From a virus: a stretch of DNA of 52,509 nt. The DNA lies in the IMG/VR virus record IMGVR_UViG_3300020131_000001, positions 1 to 52,509 of that record. One strand, 5' to 3'. Shown in pieces: positions 24,607-33,450 of the stretch; within the stretch, counting starts at the first letter, position 1; every line of letters starts with the position of its first letter. Position numbers and translations under genes: made by a program. The notes below the pieces were generated by a model. The model did no database searches and was not told where the DNA came from. It saw only the letters and a program-made list of their open reading frames with translations.

Positions 24607-25293
24607 ATGAAAGACTCACACGTAGCCATCGTAAAAAACATCGGTTTTATGGCAGACCTTGTTGACGGTCTGATTAAGGAAGCCGACTACTCACAGGCCA
24701 GAGAGATTATAAGCGGGGCCATAGCTTCCTTGTCTGCGGACGAGACGGACGAGCTGCTTCATTGTAAGAACATACTCTGCAAGGTAGAGCGTGCGGACAA
24801 GAGCCTTCACAAAGCCCTGAGAATCCACCGCGAAGCCTACCCGCTCGTCCAGCTCAGCGAGAATCACTATTTAATCGCGCGCTTTCATAGCGGGCTTGGA
24901 ACCACCTATGAGGAGTTGGGCGAGTATGACAGAGCATTCATAGAGTATGAGGCCGCAAGGGTTCACTTTGAGATAGACGGTGATTCTGAGGGCGCAGGAT
25001 ACATTGAAAACAACGTCGCATTCCTAAGCCTTGCATTAGGTCTAACGGAAGAAGCCCGCCTGCATTTAGAGAAAGCCCGAAGCTATTTTACTGATGCCGT
25101 GAAACTGGCCGAGATAGGCGTCACGGAGGCCCAAGTTTATCTGAAAGAAGGGGAGCCGGAGAAGGCTGTATATCTCATGCTGGAGTGCCTACGAACGTTT
25201 GAACGACACGGAGCCAAACATCTATTTGATAAATCCCTGGACACTCTGATTAAAGCGGCCTGTGATTACAAGCTTAAAAGGGAAGGCCAATGA
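24607..25293 (+). CDS. TPR-repeat protein.
   Basis: Repeating LG..YEELGEYDRAFIEYEAA / NNVAFLSLALGLTEEARLHLEKA helical pairs. Confidence 0.55.
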   Translation: MKDSHVAIVKNIGFMADLVDGLIKEADYSQAREIISGAIASLSADETDELLHCKNILCKVERADKSLHKALRIHREAYPLVQLSENHYLIARFHSGLGTTYEELGEYDRAFIEYEAARVHFEIDGDSEGAGYIENNVAFLSLALGLTEEARLHLEKARSYFTDAVKLAEIGVTEAQVYLKEGEPEKAVYLMLECLRTFERHGAKHLFDKSLDTLIKAACDYKLKREGQ

Positions 25294-25460
25294 AGACGCC
25301 GCCCGACATCTACTGGAAAAGATGCAAGAGGAAAGTAGCGCATAAATCCGAGGGTGCTGCTTTGGCTCACATCCGGTCTTTAGAGAAGCGGGGAATTAAA
25401 CAGGGCGAAGTTCATGTCTATGTCTGTGGATATTGTAAGCATTGGCATATCGGCCATTAG
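25290..25460 (+). CDS. Small 56-aa zinc-ribbon-like protein (below the ORF-track cut-off).
   Basis: ATGA overlap with the TPR gene. My translation: MKTPPDIYWKRCKRK...VHVYVCGYCKHWHIGH. Confidence 0.4.
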   Translation: MKTPPDIYWKRCKRKVAHKSEGAALAHIRSLEKRGIKQGEVHVYVCGYCKHWHIGH

Positions 25461-25489
25461 TTTTCTGTTTGAGAGAGGTAAAGAGATAA

Positions 25490-25744
25490 ATGAGAAATTG
25501 GTATGCAGAAGCGATTCAGATAGTGACCGACGAAAAGACAGACTTTAGGGCGTTGCTTATTGAAGTTGCCAAGAAGCATCCGAAGGCCGTTGTCACGGCT
25601 AAGACCGGGACGGGCTGGGAAGAAGAGGTGCGATTCTTAGTCGAGTCTGGTCAAAAAATTAACGCAATCAAGGTGTGCCGAAATGCTACGGGCATGGGAT
25701 TAAGGGAAGCCAAAGAAGAGGTTGAGAAACGGTTTAATTGTTGA
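25490..25744 (+). CDS. Ribosomal protein L7/L12 C-terminal-domain-like protein.
   Basis: GQKINAIKVCRNATGMGLREAKEEVEK parallels the bL12 CTD pattern KI.VIK.VR..TGLGLKEAK.LVE. Confidence 0.55.
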   Translation: MRNWYAEAIQIVTDEKTDFRALLIEVAKKHPKAVVTAKTGTGWEEEVRFLVESGQKINAIKVCRNATGMGLREAKEEVEKRFNC

Positions 25745-25851
25745 GCAGCGAGGGGGCTGCTATGAGAGGCGGGGGCTTATTGCTTGCTGACCGCATTCCT
25801 CCGGTTCTCGCCTCTATTTATTTTTCTGTTTAAGAAAGGGAAGCCGAGAAA

Positions 25852-26127
25852 ATGAGCGCACGGTTTGATAAAGATGTGAAGTCAATAGAACGCTATGCGG
25901 AACAGCTCAGGCCGCCAGAACAGAATTTAAGGCTTGCTTACTTTGATTTGTCTCAGACCTATGAGGCGCAGGGCAAGCAGCTAGACGACCTTCGCAGGCG
26001 GTTCATAGAAGACACTGGCGCAGATTGTATTGCGTGCAGTCTTCCTATCTTGAGAGAGGCTTTTATGAGTAAGAAGGATTCCAGTCGCGGGCCTCTTTGC
26101 AGGGCTTGTTTTGTGGAGAAGAAATGA
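25852..26127 (+). CDS. Hypothetical protein.
   Basis: GGGAAG RBS; CIAC...CRAC pairs. Confidence 0.5.
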   Translation: MSARFDKDVKSIERYAEQLRPPEQNLRLAYFDLSQTYEAQGKQLDDLRRRFIEDTGADCIACSLPILREAFMSKKDSSRGPLCRACFVEKK

Positions 26128-27203
26128 CACAAGAAACCGGACTAATAAGGTGGGATGATAACGGCCTTCCCATATTTTTAGGTGACTCGTGGGAGGCGCA
26201 CATATCTTCGTGGCTAGAAGTTTCTTTGCAAGCAAAGCAAGACAGAGTGCTGCTTGCCTCTATAGCTTACAGCCTAGCGAGTAAATGGGCGCGCCGAAAG
26301 ACGGGAAAAACCGTAGAGCAATTTGCTGGTGATGTTGGTTTAAGAGCGCGAACAATATATGACTACATACAGGTCTACGAAATGTTGCAAAAGTGCGACC
26401 AGTCGCAAATTCGCAATCTTTTAGAAAGCCCGCTCTCTTTCAAGCATTTAATCTTGGCCTCCGACATTAAAGATGAAGCAGAGCGCGAGGCAGCACTAGC
26501 AGAGGCAGAGGATGAAAACCTTAGTGCGGAGTCAATGCGAGACCGCCAGAAAAAGAAAAGGCGAAAAGCACGTATTGATGAAGGCTTAAAGTCTATCGCT
26601 AGTACGGCTTTATCTGACCGCTACAAGCTAATCAAGTGTGACATACGAGAGGCGCATAAAAAGATAGCGGCACAAAGTATTGACGTGATTATCACTGACC
26701 CACCTTACCCTCAAGAATACATCCCTCTATATGAAGACCTTGCCAAATTAGCAGCACACGCGCTGAAACCAGGCGCATCTATGCTTGCGATGGTAGGCCA
26801 GTCCTACCTACCTGAAATCCTATCTCTAATGACACCGCACATGCGCTACCACTGGGCCGTTGCTTATTTAACTCCAGGCGCGCACACGCAACTTTGGCAA
26901 CGTGAGGTAATGACCGGCTGGAAGCCCGTTCTTTGGTTTACGAACGGCGATTATCAAGGTGAGTGGAAATACGATGTGGCTAAATCGGAGAAGCCAGATA
27001 AAGAACACCACGAATGGGGGCAGAGTGAGTCCGGTATGGCTGACCTTATCGAGAGATTCAGTTATCCAGGCGATACAATCTTAGACCCGTTTCTAGGCGG
27101 TGGAACTACAGGCGTGGTAGCGCTCCGAATGAATCGCTGTTTTATTGGAATTGATGACGACCCAGAGGCCATTGACACTACAACGAAAAGGATTGCGGCT
27201 TAA
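26124..27203 (+). CDS. DNA N6/N4 methyltransferase with an N-terminal HTH-like extension.
   Basis: IITDPPYPQEY catalytic motif and LDPFLGGGTTGVVA AdoMet motif. ATGA overlap with the upstream gene. Confidence 0.75.
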   Translation: MTQETGLIRWDDNGLPIFLGDSWEAHISSWLEVSLQAKQDRVLLASIAYSLASKWARRKTGKTVEQFAGDVGLRARTIYDYIQVYEMLQKCDQSQIRNLLESPLSFKHLILASDIKDEAEREAALAEAEDENLSAESMRDRQKKKRRKARIDEGLKSIASTALSDRYKLIKCDIREAHKKIAAQSIDVIITDPPYPQEYIPLYEDLAKLAAHALKPGASMLAMVGQSYLPEILSLMTPHMRYHWAVAYLTPGAHTQLWQREVMTGWKPVLWFTNGDYQGEWKYDVAKSEKPDKEHHEWGQSESGMADLIERFSYPGDTILDPFLGGGTTGVVALRMNRCFIGIDDDPEAIDTTTKRIAA

Positions 27204-27661
27204 TGCAAGAAGAGAAATACGGCCACAGAGACCTTATCTACTCCGCTTGGCACAGGCGCGGCTCGACCCGCCGATTTATCGGTCTTGAAAAGGCACAGCT
27301 ATTGGCAATGGTGGATTTAGATGTAAGCCTCTGGCTTGAATATGACGACGGGACGAAGGATACGCTGGCACTTGTCGAAACAGCTCAAGATGTGGGGCAG
27401 AGCATAAAGCCTGCTACCGTCCTACTGAAACTTGCTAAGCGTATTCACCCTGTAGTGCCTGCCTATATTTGCCTTTACACACCTTCGGTGGCGCTTAATC
27501 CAGCCGACTCGCGGTGGCCTGACATTGAGAAGTTTAGATGTAAGAGACTCTGGCCTTTTCCTGAAAACGTTTACACGGAGTACAGCCCAAGGGAATGGGC
27601 AGAGAAGCTTTTGAAGATGCGTGAATGGTCAGCAAGTCAATTAGATAAAGAGGTCGCATGA
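27203..27661 (+). CDS. Hypothetical protein.
   Basis: TAATG overlap upstream and ATGA overlap downstream, indicating translational coupling within the replication module. Confidence 0.55.
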   Translation: MQEEKYGHRDLIYSAWHRRGSTRRFIGLEKAQLLAMVDLDVSLWLEYDDGTKDTLALVETAQDVGQSIKPATVLLKLAKRIHPVVPAYICLYTPSVALNPADSRWPDIEKFRCKRLWPFPENVYTEYSPREWAEKLLKMREWSASQLDKEVA

Positions 27662-28383
27662 GCGTTCACGTAATGTCAAAGGTCTGGAAGTGCGCGCCGT
27701 ATGAAGGCGGCACCTTACTTGTCCTCTTAGCTTTAGCAGACTGGGCAGATGATGACGGCCTATGCTGGCCGTCCGTTCCCGTATTAGCTAAGAAAGCTCG
27801 GTTAAAGGACAGGCAGACCCGCTACGCTTTAAGACAACTGGAAGAGGACGGTTTCATATCCACGGACGAACAGCGCGGACGGAATCACACAAACCGCTAC
27901 AAGATAAACCTGCACAAATTGCAGGTTATAGAAGCGGAAAACCTGCACTCCACGACGCTAAAACCTGCACTCAGCGGCACCGAAAACCTGCACTCCAGTG
28001 CAGCCGAACCATCAATAGATACACCAAGAGATACACAGCAACCTAAAAAACAGGTTGCTGGTCGCACAACGATAAAGAACGACCCTACGATGATTCACGG
28101 CGCAGTGATTATCTATCGCGATACTTTCCAGAAAACACCGACACCAGAACAACGCCGCTTGATTACCGAACGTGTGGATGATTTCAAGGTGTGGTATCAG
28201 GTGTGTGAACAGTTCATGAGTGAGGGCCGCCCGCCGCAGCGCGTTGATTGGCTGCTTGAACGCTACGTAAAGGCCAGAGGCCAGCCCGCGATTGAGACGA
28301 AGGAAGCGAAGCAAGAGAGGTTAAGACGCCAGTACGAAGAGAGGGCTAAAAATGGACGAGATACCGCACGACCTACAAGCTGA
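27658..28383 (+). CDS. Replication initiator-like winged-HTH protein (lambda O analogue).
   Basis: The N-terminus LLVLLALADWADDDGLCWPSVPVLAKKARLKDRQTRYALRQLEEDGFI is typical of phage replication HTH proteins. It carries the iterons and precedes dnaB. Confidence 0.6.
   Translation: MSVHVMSKVWKCAPYEGGTLLVLLALADWADDDGLCWPSVPVLAKKARLKDRQTRYALRQLEEDGFISTDEQRGRNHTNRYKINLHKLQVIEAENLHSTTLKPALSGTENLHSSAAEPSIDTPRDTQQPKKQVAGRTTIKNDPTMIHGAVIIYRDTFQKTPTPEQRRLITERVDDFKVWYQVCEQFMSEGRPPQRVDWLLERYVKARGQPAIETKEAKQERLRRQYEERAKNGRDTARPTS
27906..28003. repeat. Iteron cluster (candidate origin of replication) inside the initiator gene.
   Basis: AAACCTGCAC occurs at 27906, 27939, 27961 and 27984. There are inverted copies at TGCAGGTT 27920-27927 and CTGCACTCCAGTGCAG 27988-28003. 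Confidence 0.6.
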
Positions 28384-29692
28384 GAGGGCAATCCTGGGTT
28401 CAATACTCATGGATAACGGCAAGTTTCTGGAAGCTAAGTCTAAACTGAAAGCAGACTCTTTCTACGGCCCGTTACACCGTAGGGTTTGGGCCGCGGCGTC
28501 CTCTCTTCACGAAGAAGGAAGGGAAGCAGACCCTATCACTCTATGCGAGAGAATGAAGGAACAGAACGCTTTACGAAACGGCGAACAGCAGGAAATCTTC
28601 TCTCTCATCACGGGTATTCCCTACAAGGTTTCCATAACGCCCTACATCGAAATTGTGAGGCGTAAGGCACAGCGCAGGTGGTTAATTCGCTTCGGCGGTG
28701 AAATAGAAAAGCGAGTTATGGAAGGCGACGAGTCCGAAGCCGAGCTGATTCAGTGGATAGACTCTCGCCTTGAACTTGTACGACCGCGAATAGAAGAACA
28801 GAAGCGCGGGCCTGCGGAAGTAAGCGAGCGCTTAGAAACTCAGACTCTAAGGTTCGAGAAATTCTATCGCGGCGTCTCTGACTGTGTTGGTACTGGGTTT
28901 CGTGAGATAGATTCAAAACTCACGGGCGCGGGCTTCGGCAGAAAGCACCTGGTCATACTTGCAGCTAGACCGTCCATCGGAAAGACGGCTTTAGCTTTGG
29001 ACTTCGCCGCCAACTGCGCCTCTCGCGGCGAACGTGCGCTTGTCTTCTCTCTCGAAATGTCAGCCGAAATGCTGATTGACCGTCTCGTAGCTGTCGAGGC
29101 GGGCGTGCCACGCTGGAAGATTCAAGCGGGGATAAGGCAGTTTGAATACGAACGCATATCGGAAGCCCTGCCTTCGGTCTGTGACAAGGGAATCATCATT
29201 GACGACTCATCTTATTCACTCGCGGAAATCAGAAGGCACACGAGAGAAATCATGCGGTCGCAGCGGCCCGTGGATTTAATCATAGTTGACTATCTTCAGC
29301 TAATTGATGTCGAGCGAAAGCACGGAAGTCGTAATGATGACGTTGGCGAAGTGTCTCGCGCGCTAAAACTCATGGCTATGGAATGGAACGTCCCTATTAT
29401 CGCGCTGTCTCAGCTCTCTCGAAACTGCGAGTCACAGAATAGAGAGCCCGAACTGAGGGATTTGAGAGACAGCGGCGAAATTGAACAAAACGCGGACACC
29501 GTGTTTTTCCTCTTTGGTGATAAACCAGAGGAACAGGTTTCTTTTCGAGACATAACAATTAAGTGCGCGAAGCAGAGAGAAGGAATGTTGTTCAGAACCC
29601 AGGTTCCATTCAACTGTGAGCTAGTTACATTCCGCGCACTGTCTCACATTGTCAGACCCGTTGAAGACGTTCCTTTTGAGGTAAGCCATTAG
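28352..29692 (+). CDS. dnaB: Replicative DNA helicase, DnaB family.
   Basis: N-terminal AERAILGSILMDN, Walker A ARPSIGKTALAL, Walker B LIIVDYLQL, and the SQLSR motif. Confidence 0.9.
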   Translation: MDEIPHDLQAERAILGSILMDNGKFLEAKSKLKADSFYGPLHRRVWAAASSLHEEGREADPITLCERMKEQNALRNGEQQEIFSLITGIPYKVSITPYIEIVRRKAQRRWLIRFGGEIEKRVMEGDESEAELIQWIDSRLELVRPRIEEQKRGPAEVSERLETQTLRFEKFYRGVSDCVGTGFREIDSKLTGAGFGRKHLVILAARPSIGKTALALDFAANCASRGERALVFSLEMSAEMLIDRLVAVEAGVPRWKIQAGIRQFEYERISEALPSVCDKGIIIDDSSYSLAEIRRHTREIMRSQRPVDLIIVDYLQLIDVERKHGSRNDDVGEVSRALKLMAMEWNVPIIALSQLSRNCESQNREPELRDLRDSGEIEQNADTVFFLFGDKPEEQVSFRDITIKCAKQREGMLFRTQVPFNCELVTFRALSHIVRPVEDVPFEVSH

Positions 29693-29744
29693 AGCTTCTA
29701 AATACCTTTCTGTGGGGCGTCCGACATGAGAGAGGGAGACAAAA

Positions 29745-29930
29745 ATGAGAGAAATCATTTCGTACATCTGGAATATGGATGGTTCCACGCTGGCGATAAT
29801 CCTAGTGCTTATCGTTTTGGCTATAGCCGTCCCCGCCGTGCTGATTCAGATAAACGTGTGGCGTAGATACCGCCGAATGGAATCAGACTTTGACGAGACC
29901 CGCAGCCGTATACGGTCAAGAATGGAGTGA
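29745..29930 (+). CDS. Small single-pass membrane protein.
   Basis: GAGAGGGAGA RBS; TM segment LAIILVLIVLAIAVPAVLI. Confidence 0.5.
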   Translation: MREIISYIWNMDGSTLAIILVLIVLAIAVPAVLIQINVWRRYRRMESDFDETRSRIRSRME

Positions 29931-29972
29931 CTGTGTTTGAGATTTCCCTCAACGCGAGGGGATAGATGGGAG

Positions 29973-30248
29973 ATGGAAATGGATTCACCTAAAACAATGG
30001 AGTTATTAGCTGAGTTTCGCAGGGAAGTAGGCCACTGTCTGAACATCAAAGACTCGGCACAGAAGACCATTGATGCCCTGAATAAGATAATCAACGGGCT
30101 TGGCAATTCCAAGCCTCTGACAGATGAAAGTATCAAGGCGGATTGTAAAGCCCTACTAGATGCACAGAACAGAATGGTTGACTGCTACAAGGCTTTCTTT
30201 GACTACATGGAGCAGAGGGCAAATAAGGCATCTGCCCAACGCGGGTAG
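29973..30248 (+). CDS. Hypothetical protein.
   Basis: Start trimmed to ATG 29973. Confidence 0.45.
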   Translation: MEMDSPKTMELLAEFRREVGHCLNIKDSAQKTIDALNKIINGLGNSKPLTDESIKADCKALLDAQNRMVDCYKAFFDYMEQRANKASAQRG

Positions 30249-30353
30249 ATAGGTGAACTGCTAAGCCGGAAAGGGCTAGCTTTCATCTCAAGCAAGGGGG
30301 CGGGTGGTTTGTTTTCAGGGCAAGTCACTCGCTCCCTAAAAAGGATAATCATT

Positions 30354-30602
30354 ATGGCCTGTGGTAAGTGCGGAAAAGTAGCAATCTTTAAGACTTGCTC
30401 GGAATGCAAGCGCCAGCGTCCGCGCAGGATGTCGAGATGTAAGGACTGCGGAGGCCAGGGTCACTTCGGACACGAAAGATGCTGGAACTGTTACGTCATT
30501 AGGATGAAGAGGCGAAAGAAGCAATCTTGGGTTCCAATGGAAAAGATATACGAGCCTTCGCCTGTTACTTCTGTTTTAGCTAGGTGTGGGTTTCTCAGAT
30601 GA
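30354..30602 (+). CDS. Zinc-finger protein.
   Basis: Start trimmed to MACGKCG. Contains CGKCG..CSEC..CKDCGG..CWNC. Confidence 0.5.
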   Translation: MACGKCGKVAIFKTCSECKRQRPRRMSRCKDCGGQGHFGHERCWNCYVIRMKRRKKQSWVPMEKIYEPSPVTSVLARCGFLR

Positions 30603-30608
30603 GAGTCA

Positions 30609-30833
30609 ATGATGTTTTCACCTGCTGAATTAGTAAACCCAAAACCGCGCTACTACAAAATCACCTTCACCTTTGAAGATGAGAGCGGCATTCATACAGA
30701 CCATGCTTTCCTGAGAAGCACGGGCGGTAGGGATTTACTGAAAAGATTCTGGCGATTCGTGCATGAGAATGTCGGACTTTATAACTGCTATAGCGTTCGG
30801 ATTATCACCGTTATCTTCTGGTTGAATGATTGA
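30609..30833 (+). CDS. Hypothetical protein.
   Basis: ORF packed in the operon. Confidence 0.45.
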   Translation: MMFSPAELVNPKPRYYKITFTFEDESGIHTDHAFLRSTGGRDLLKRFWRFVHENVGLYNCYSVRIITVIFWLND

Positions 30834-30858
30834 TTTGTCGGATAGGAGAGCAAACAAA

Positions 30859-31032
30859 ATGGAAGCAAGAGATATTAGAAAGCACATCAAGAAGGCTATA
30901 AAGGAAGGCAAGGTTAAACCTGTTCCTATTGCTGAATACGAAAGGACTTTGCGCGAGCAGTATCCAGATGTAAGTGAAGAGGCTATAGCGGGCGCAATCT
31001 TCTGGGCTATCTGTTATGGCATCGCTGTCTGA
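30859..31032 (+). CDS. Hypothetical protein.
   Basis: Start trimmed to ATG 30859, which has an AGGAGAG RBS. Confidence 0.45.
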   Translation: MEARDIRKHIKKAIKEGKVKPVPIAEYERTLREQYPDVSEEAIAGAIFWAICYGIAV

Positions 31033-31044
31033 CTGTTTTTTGAT

Positions 31045-31236
31045 ATGGGAGGGGGGCGCACACCAAAAATGACAGCAATCGAAAAGAAGATGGACAAAGC
31101 GCTCAAACTCCTAGATGAGATAGCAGAGTGCGATGAGCCTTACATTGATAAGGTCGAGCATCTTTCAGGCATTAGAGATGCCATTGATAATTGGATGGAC
31201 GAATTAGATAAACAACGGAAAGGAAAGCGACTATGA
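31045..31236 (+). CDS. Hypothetical protein.
   Basis: The start is either 31045 or 31069 (the latter follows GGGAGGGGGG). Confidence 0.45.
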   Translation: MGGGRTPKMTAIEKKMDKALKLLDEIAECDEPYIDKVEHLSGIRDAIDNWMDELDKQRKGKRL

Positions 31237-31418
31237 GAGAAAGAGCAACTGAACTTGAATACCTGAAATGGTTTCGTGTTAATGCCGACTTCGGCCCTGC
31301 TTCGTCGGACATCATTGACGACATGAACGAACGCTTTATGAACAAGACGGGTAAGAATCTGCCCGAGGGTTGGAATCTATCGCAGGACGGTGAAACGGTA
31401 ATAGACCGTGAAGATTAA
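31233..31418 (+). CDS. Hypothetical protein.
   Basis: ATGA overlap with the upstream ORF. Confidence 0.45.
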   Translation: MRERATELEYLKWFRVNADFGPASSDIIDDMNERFMNKTGKNLPEGWNLSQDGETVIDRED

Positions 31419-31472
31419 GTCTCAATCATTTTCCTGTTTTCTGGGGGCTGTAGCCGAGTAGAGAAAACACAG

Positions 31473-31952
31473 ATGGCAAAACCTGATATGACATCCGAAC
31501 AATTTCTCAAGAGCGGTTTAGGCTCTCAACTCAGAACGTCCAGGCATCGGACGGACTATAAGGCAGAGTTTGTGCGGCAGATGAAGGATGCCGAATTGCC
31601 TGAGTGTGAGCGTGAATATGTTTTCCATGACAAGCGTAAATGGCGATTCGACTTCGCTTTTGTAGAACAGAAGGTAGCTGTGGAATATGATGGTGGAATA
31701 TTTGATAGACAACCATCTCATAGTTCTATTGCTGGCATCCTACGAGATAAGGAGAAAGTCACAGAAGCGCAGTTGGCAGGATGGATTGTGATTCAAATTA
31801 CTGCCCAGCAAGTTCCTGATGGCTCGGCCTTGCGTTATGTAAAACGTGCTTTGAATCTAAGAAATCGTGGTATACTCGCACCTGTTGAGCAAGCGGCTAA
31901 GGATGCCGCTAGAACACTTCGGAGTGTGGCGGATAAATTAGAATCCGCTTAA
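31473..31952 (+). CDS. PD-(D/E)XK nuclease (Vsr/DUF559-like fold).
   Basis: WRFDFAFVEQKVAVEYDGGIF...DKEKVTEAQLAGWIVIQI matches the restriction-endonuclease-like core pattern. Confidence 0.55.
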   Translation: MAKPDMTSEQFLKSGLGSQLRTSRHRTDYKAEFVRQMKDAELPECEREYVFHDKRKWRFDFAFVEQKVAVEYDGGIFDRQPSHSSIAGILRDKEKVTEAQLAGWIVIQITAQQVPDGSALRYVKRALNLRNRGILAPVEQAAKDAARTLRSVADKLESA

Positions 31953-31964
31953 TGGTTGAAGGCT

Positions 31965-32135
31965 ATGAAGTGCAGACTTTGCGGAGACGAATTAGAAGAG
32001 GCGGGGCTTGATGAAGGCGTCTTTGAGCATAACCCGCAAACTTTCCGTAAAGCTTGGATGCACGCATGGTGCGCTCGCACAGCGGTTGAAGACTTAGACG
32101 CTGAAAGACGGGATGCTTACTTTCAGCTAGATTAA
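31965..32135 (+). CDS. Small 56-aa hypothetical protein (below the ORF-track cut-off).
   Basis: My translation: MKCRLCGDELEEAGLDEGVFEHNPQTFRKAWMHAWCARTA... It is the last ORF before the terminator. Confidence 0.35.
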   Translation: MKCRLCGDELEEAGLDEGVFEHNPQTFRKAWMHAWCARTAVEDLDAERRDAYFQLD

Positions 32136-32169
32136 CAACTTAATCACATAGGGATTTCGGTCACGTCCG

Positions 32170-32228
32170 CTCCCGCTTTACATCTTCCTTGATGCGTTCA
32201 CGAAGATGAAGGCGGGAGTTTTCTTTTT
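32170..32228 (+). terminator. Rho-independent terminator at the end of the rightward early operon.
   Basis: CTCCCGC(32170-76) pairs with GCGGGAG(32212-18), with an inner stem CATCTTC/GAAGATG, followed by TTTTCTTTTT. Confidence 0.65.
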
Positions 32229-32253
32229 GACCAACAGATATTGGGCAGCACAG

Positions 32254-32499
32254 ATGAACCGTCCACAGCTTAAATACGGCGATAAGAACAAAGATGTACG
32301 TGAGTATAAGGGTGGCCTGTGCGCTCTCGACTATATAGCAAAGGGCGATGTCAATGATGAGTTCGACAAGTTGACTAAATCAGTGACAGAGCTATTTCAG
32401 GCGGATGAGGGATTAGAAGAAACGGGGATTGTAGATGAAGAGACCTGGAATGCTCTGAATAAAAAGATTGGAGAGAAAGCAAGTGCGAGACTTCACTAA
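32254..32499 (+). CDS. Peptidoglycan-binding-domain protein.
   Basis: Start trimmed to ATG 32254, because the longer ORF would begin inside the terminator stem. LKYGDKNKDVREYKGGL....FDKLTKSVTELFQADEGLEETGIVDEETWNAL has the PG_binding_1 pattern. Confidence 0.5.
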   Translation: MNRPQLKYGDKNKDVREYKGGLCALDYIAKGDVNDEFDKLTKSVTELFQADEGLEETGIVDEETWNALNKKIGEKASARLH

Positions 32500-32764
32500 A
32501 TTCTTACTTAAAGCGGGTATCCGATATGCACTAACTGCCCTCGGTGCGGCGCTTCTTGCCTGGGGAGTGATTACGAAGTCAGAGGCAGACGGCTTTATTG
32601 CTACCTATCTGGAAGAGATTGTGGGCTCTGTGCTGATGGCTGTCAGTGCCGCTTGGGAGTTCGTTTATCAAAAGTATGTGAAGGACAAAGTAACTACTGC
32701 TTTAGCTCTACCACAGCATACCAGCCCTGAGACGCTGGCAAAGGTTTTAGGTGAAAAGGAGTAA
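32483..32764 (+). CDS. Two-TM protein; holin candidate.
   Basis: GTG start after a GGAGAG RBS. TM segments IRYALTALGAALLAWGVI and IVGSVLMAVSAAWEFVY. Confidence 0.4.
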   Translation: MRDFTKFLLKAGIRYALTALGAALLAWGVITKSEADGFIATYLEEIVGSVLMAVSAAWEFVYQKYVKDKVTTALALPQHTSPETLAKVLGEKE

Positions 32765-33007
32765 GTGATGCAGGAAACACGTTACACCGGAATTCAGCTT
32801 ATGACTGAACGCGCAACGCCTGAGCAGATTCAAAAGGCGATTGCTAATCCTGAAAATCAGTCCGTCTTAGTTGGCGCTCCCGGCGCTCATCTAACTTCTA
32901 AGACCGGGGCTGAATACGTTGTTCAAAGAGACGGCAGTTTGAAGCGAACCAATAAGCCCCTGTCAAAGAAAGCTCGTCGTCGTCTCCGAAAGGAAGGCTC
33001 GCTATGA
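32765..33007 (+). CDS. Hypothetical basic protein.
   Basis: Packed ORF with a KKARRRLRK tail. Confidence 0.45.
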   Translation: MMQETRYTGIQLMTERATPEQIQKAIANPENQSVLVGAPGAHLTSKTGAEYVVQRDGSLKRTNKPLSKKARRRLRKEGSL

Positions 33008-33450
33008 AACGTAAATCAACAATTCTATTACTTGCCGTCACCCTCCTGCTGGCAACTGGCTGTCCGAAGTCGGCACAGTCAAGAGTTGAAACCGCTTTTA
33101 ATGTCGGCTTGCCCCGTGTTGTAGATAGATTCCGAGCGGCTGACAAGCTAACTCAGGATGAAGCCGAGGCGCTAAAGGGCCGTTCCCCTCTTATTGTCGC
33201 TGCTATTAAAGCTAAAGACTTCGCTGCGGCTGCTGTACATCTTGGCGAACTTGCCAAACTCCGCATCAAGAATCAGGAAGCTAAGTTGTGGCTTGATGAC
33301 CTTCTAGCGGTCACATCCGTAATTCTAGGTGTGGATATTCCGAGTGATTCACCACAAATTCGTGGTGTTATGGCTAAGTCTGTACCTAAACAGAGAGAGC
33401 CGAACCTGAGCAACGCCAACCTGAAACGTCTTGAAGAGTTGACTAAGTAA
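33004..33450 (+). CDS. Lipoprotein.
   Basis: MKRKSTILLLAVTLLLATGC is a signal peptide with a lipobox-like ATG|C. Confidence 0.6.
   Translation: MKRKSTILLLAVTLLLATGCPKSAQSRVETAFNVGLPRVVDRFRAADKLTQDEAEALKGRSPLIVAAIKAKDFAAAAVHLGELAKLRIKNQEAKLWLDDLLAVTSVILGVDIPSDSPQIRGVMAKSVPKQREPNLSNANLKRLEELTK

Noticed and set aside
27906-28003. A CRISPR-like array, given the short direct repeats.
   Set aside because: The repeats are only 10 bp with 12-23-bp irregular spacers. They lie inside a coding gene and there are no cas genes. Iterons fit better.
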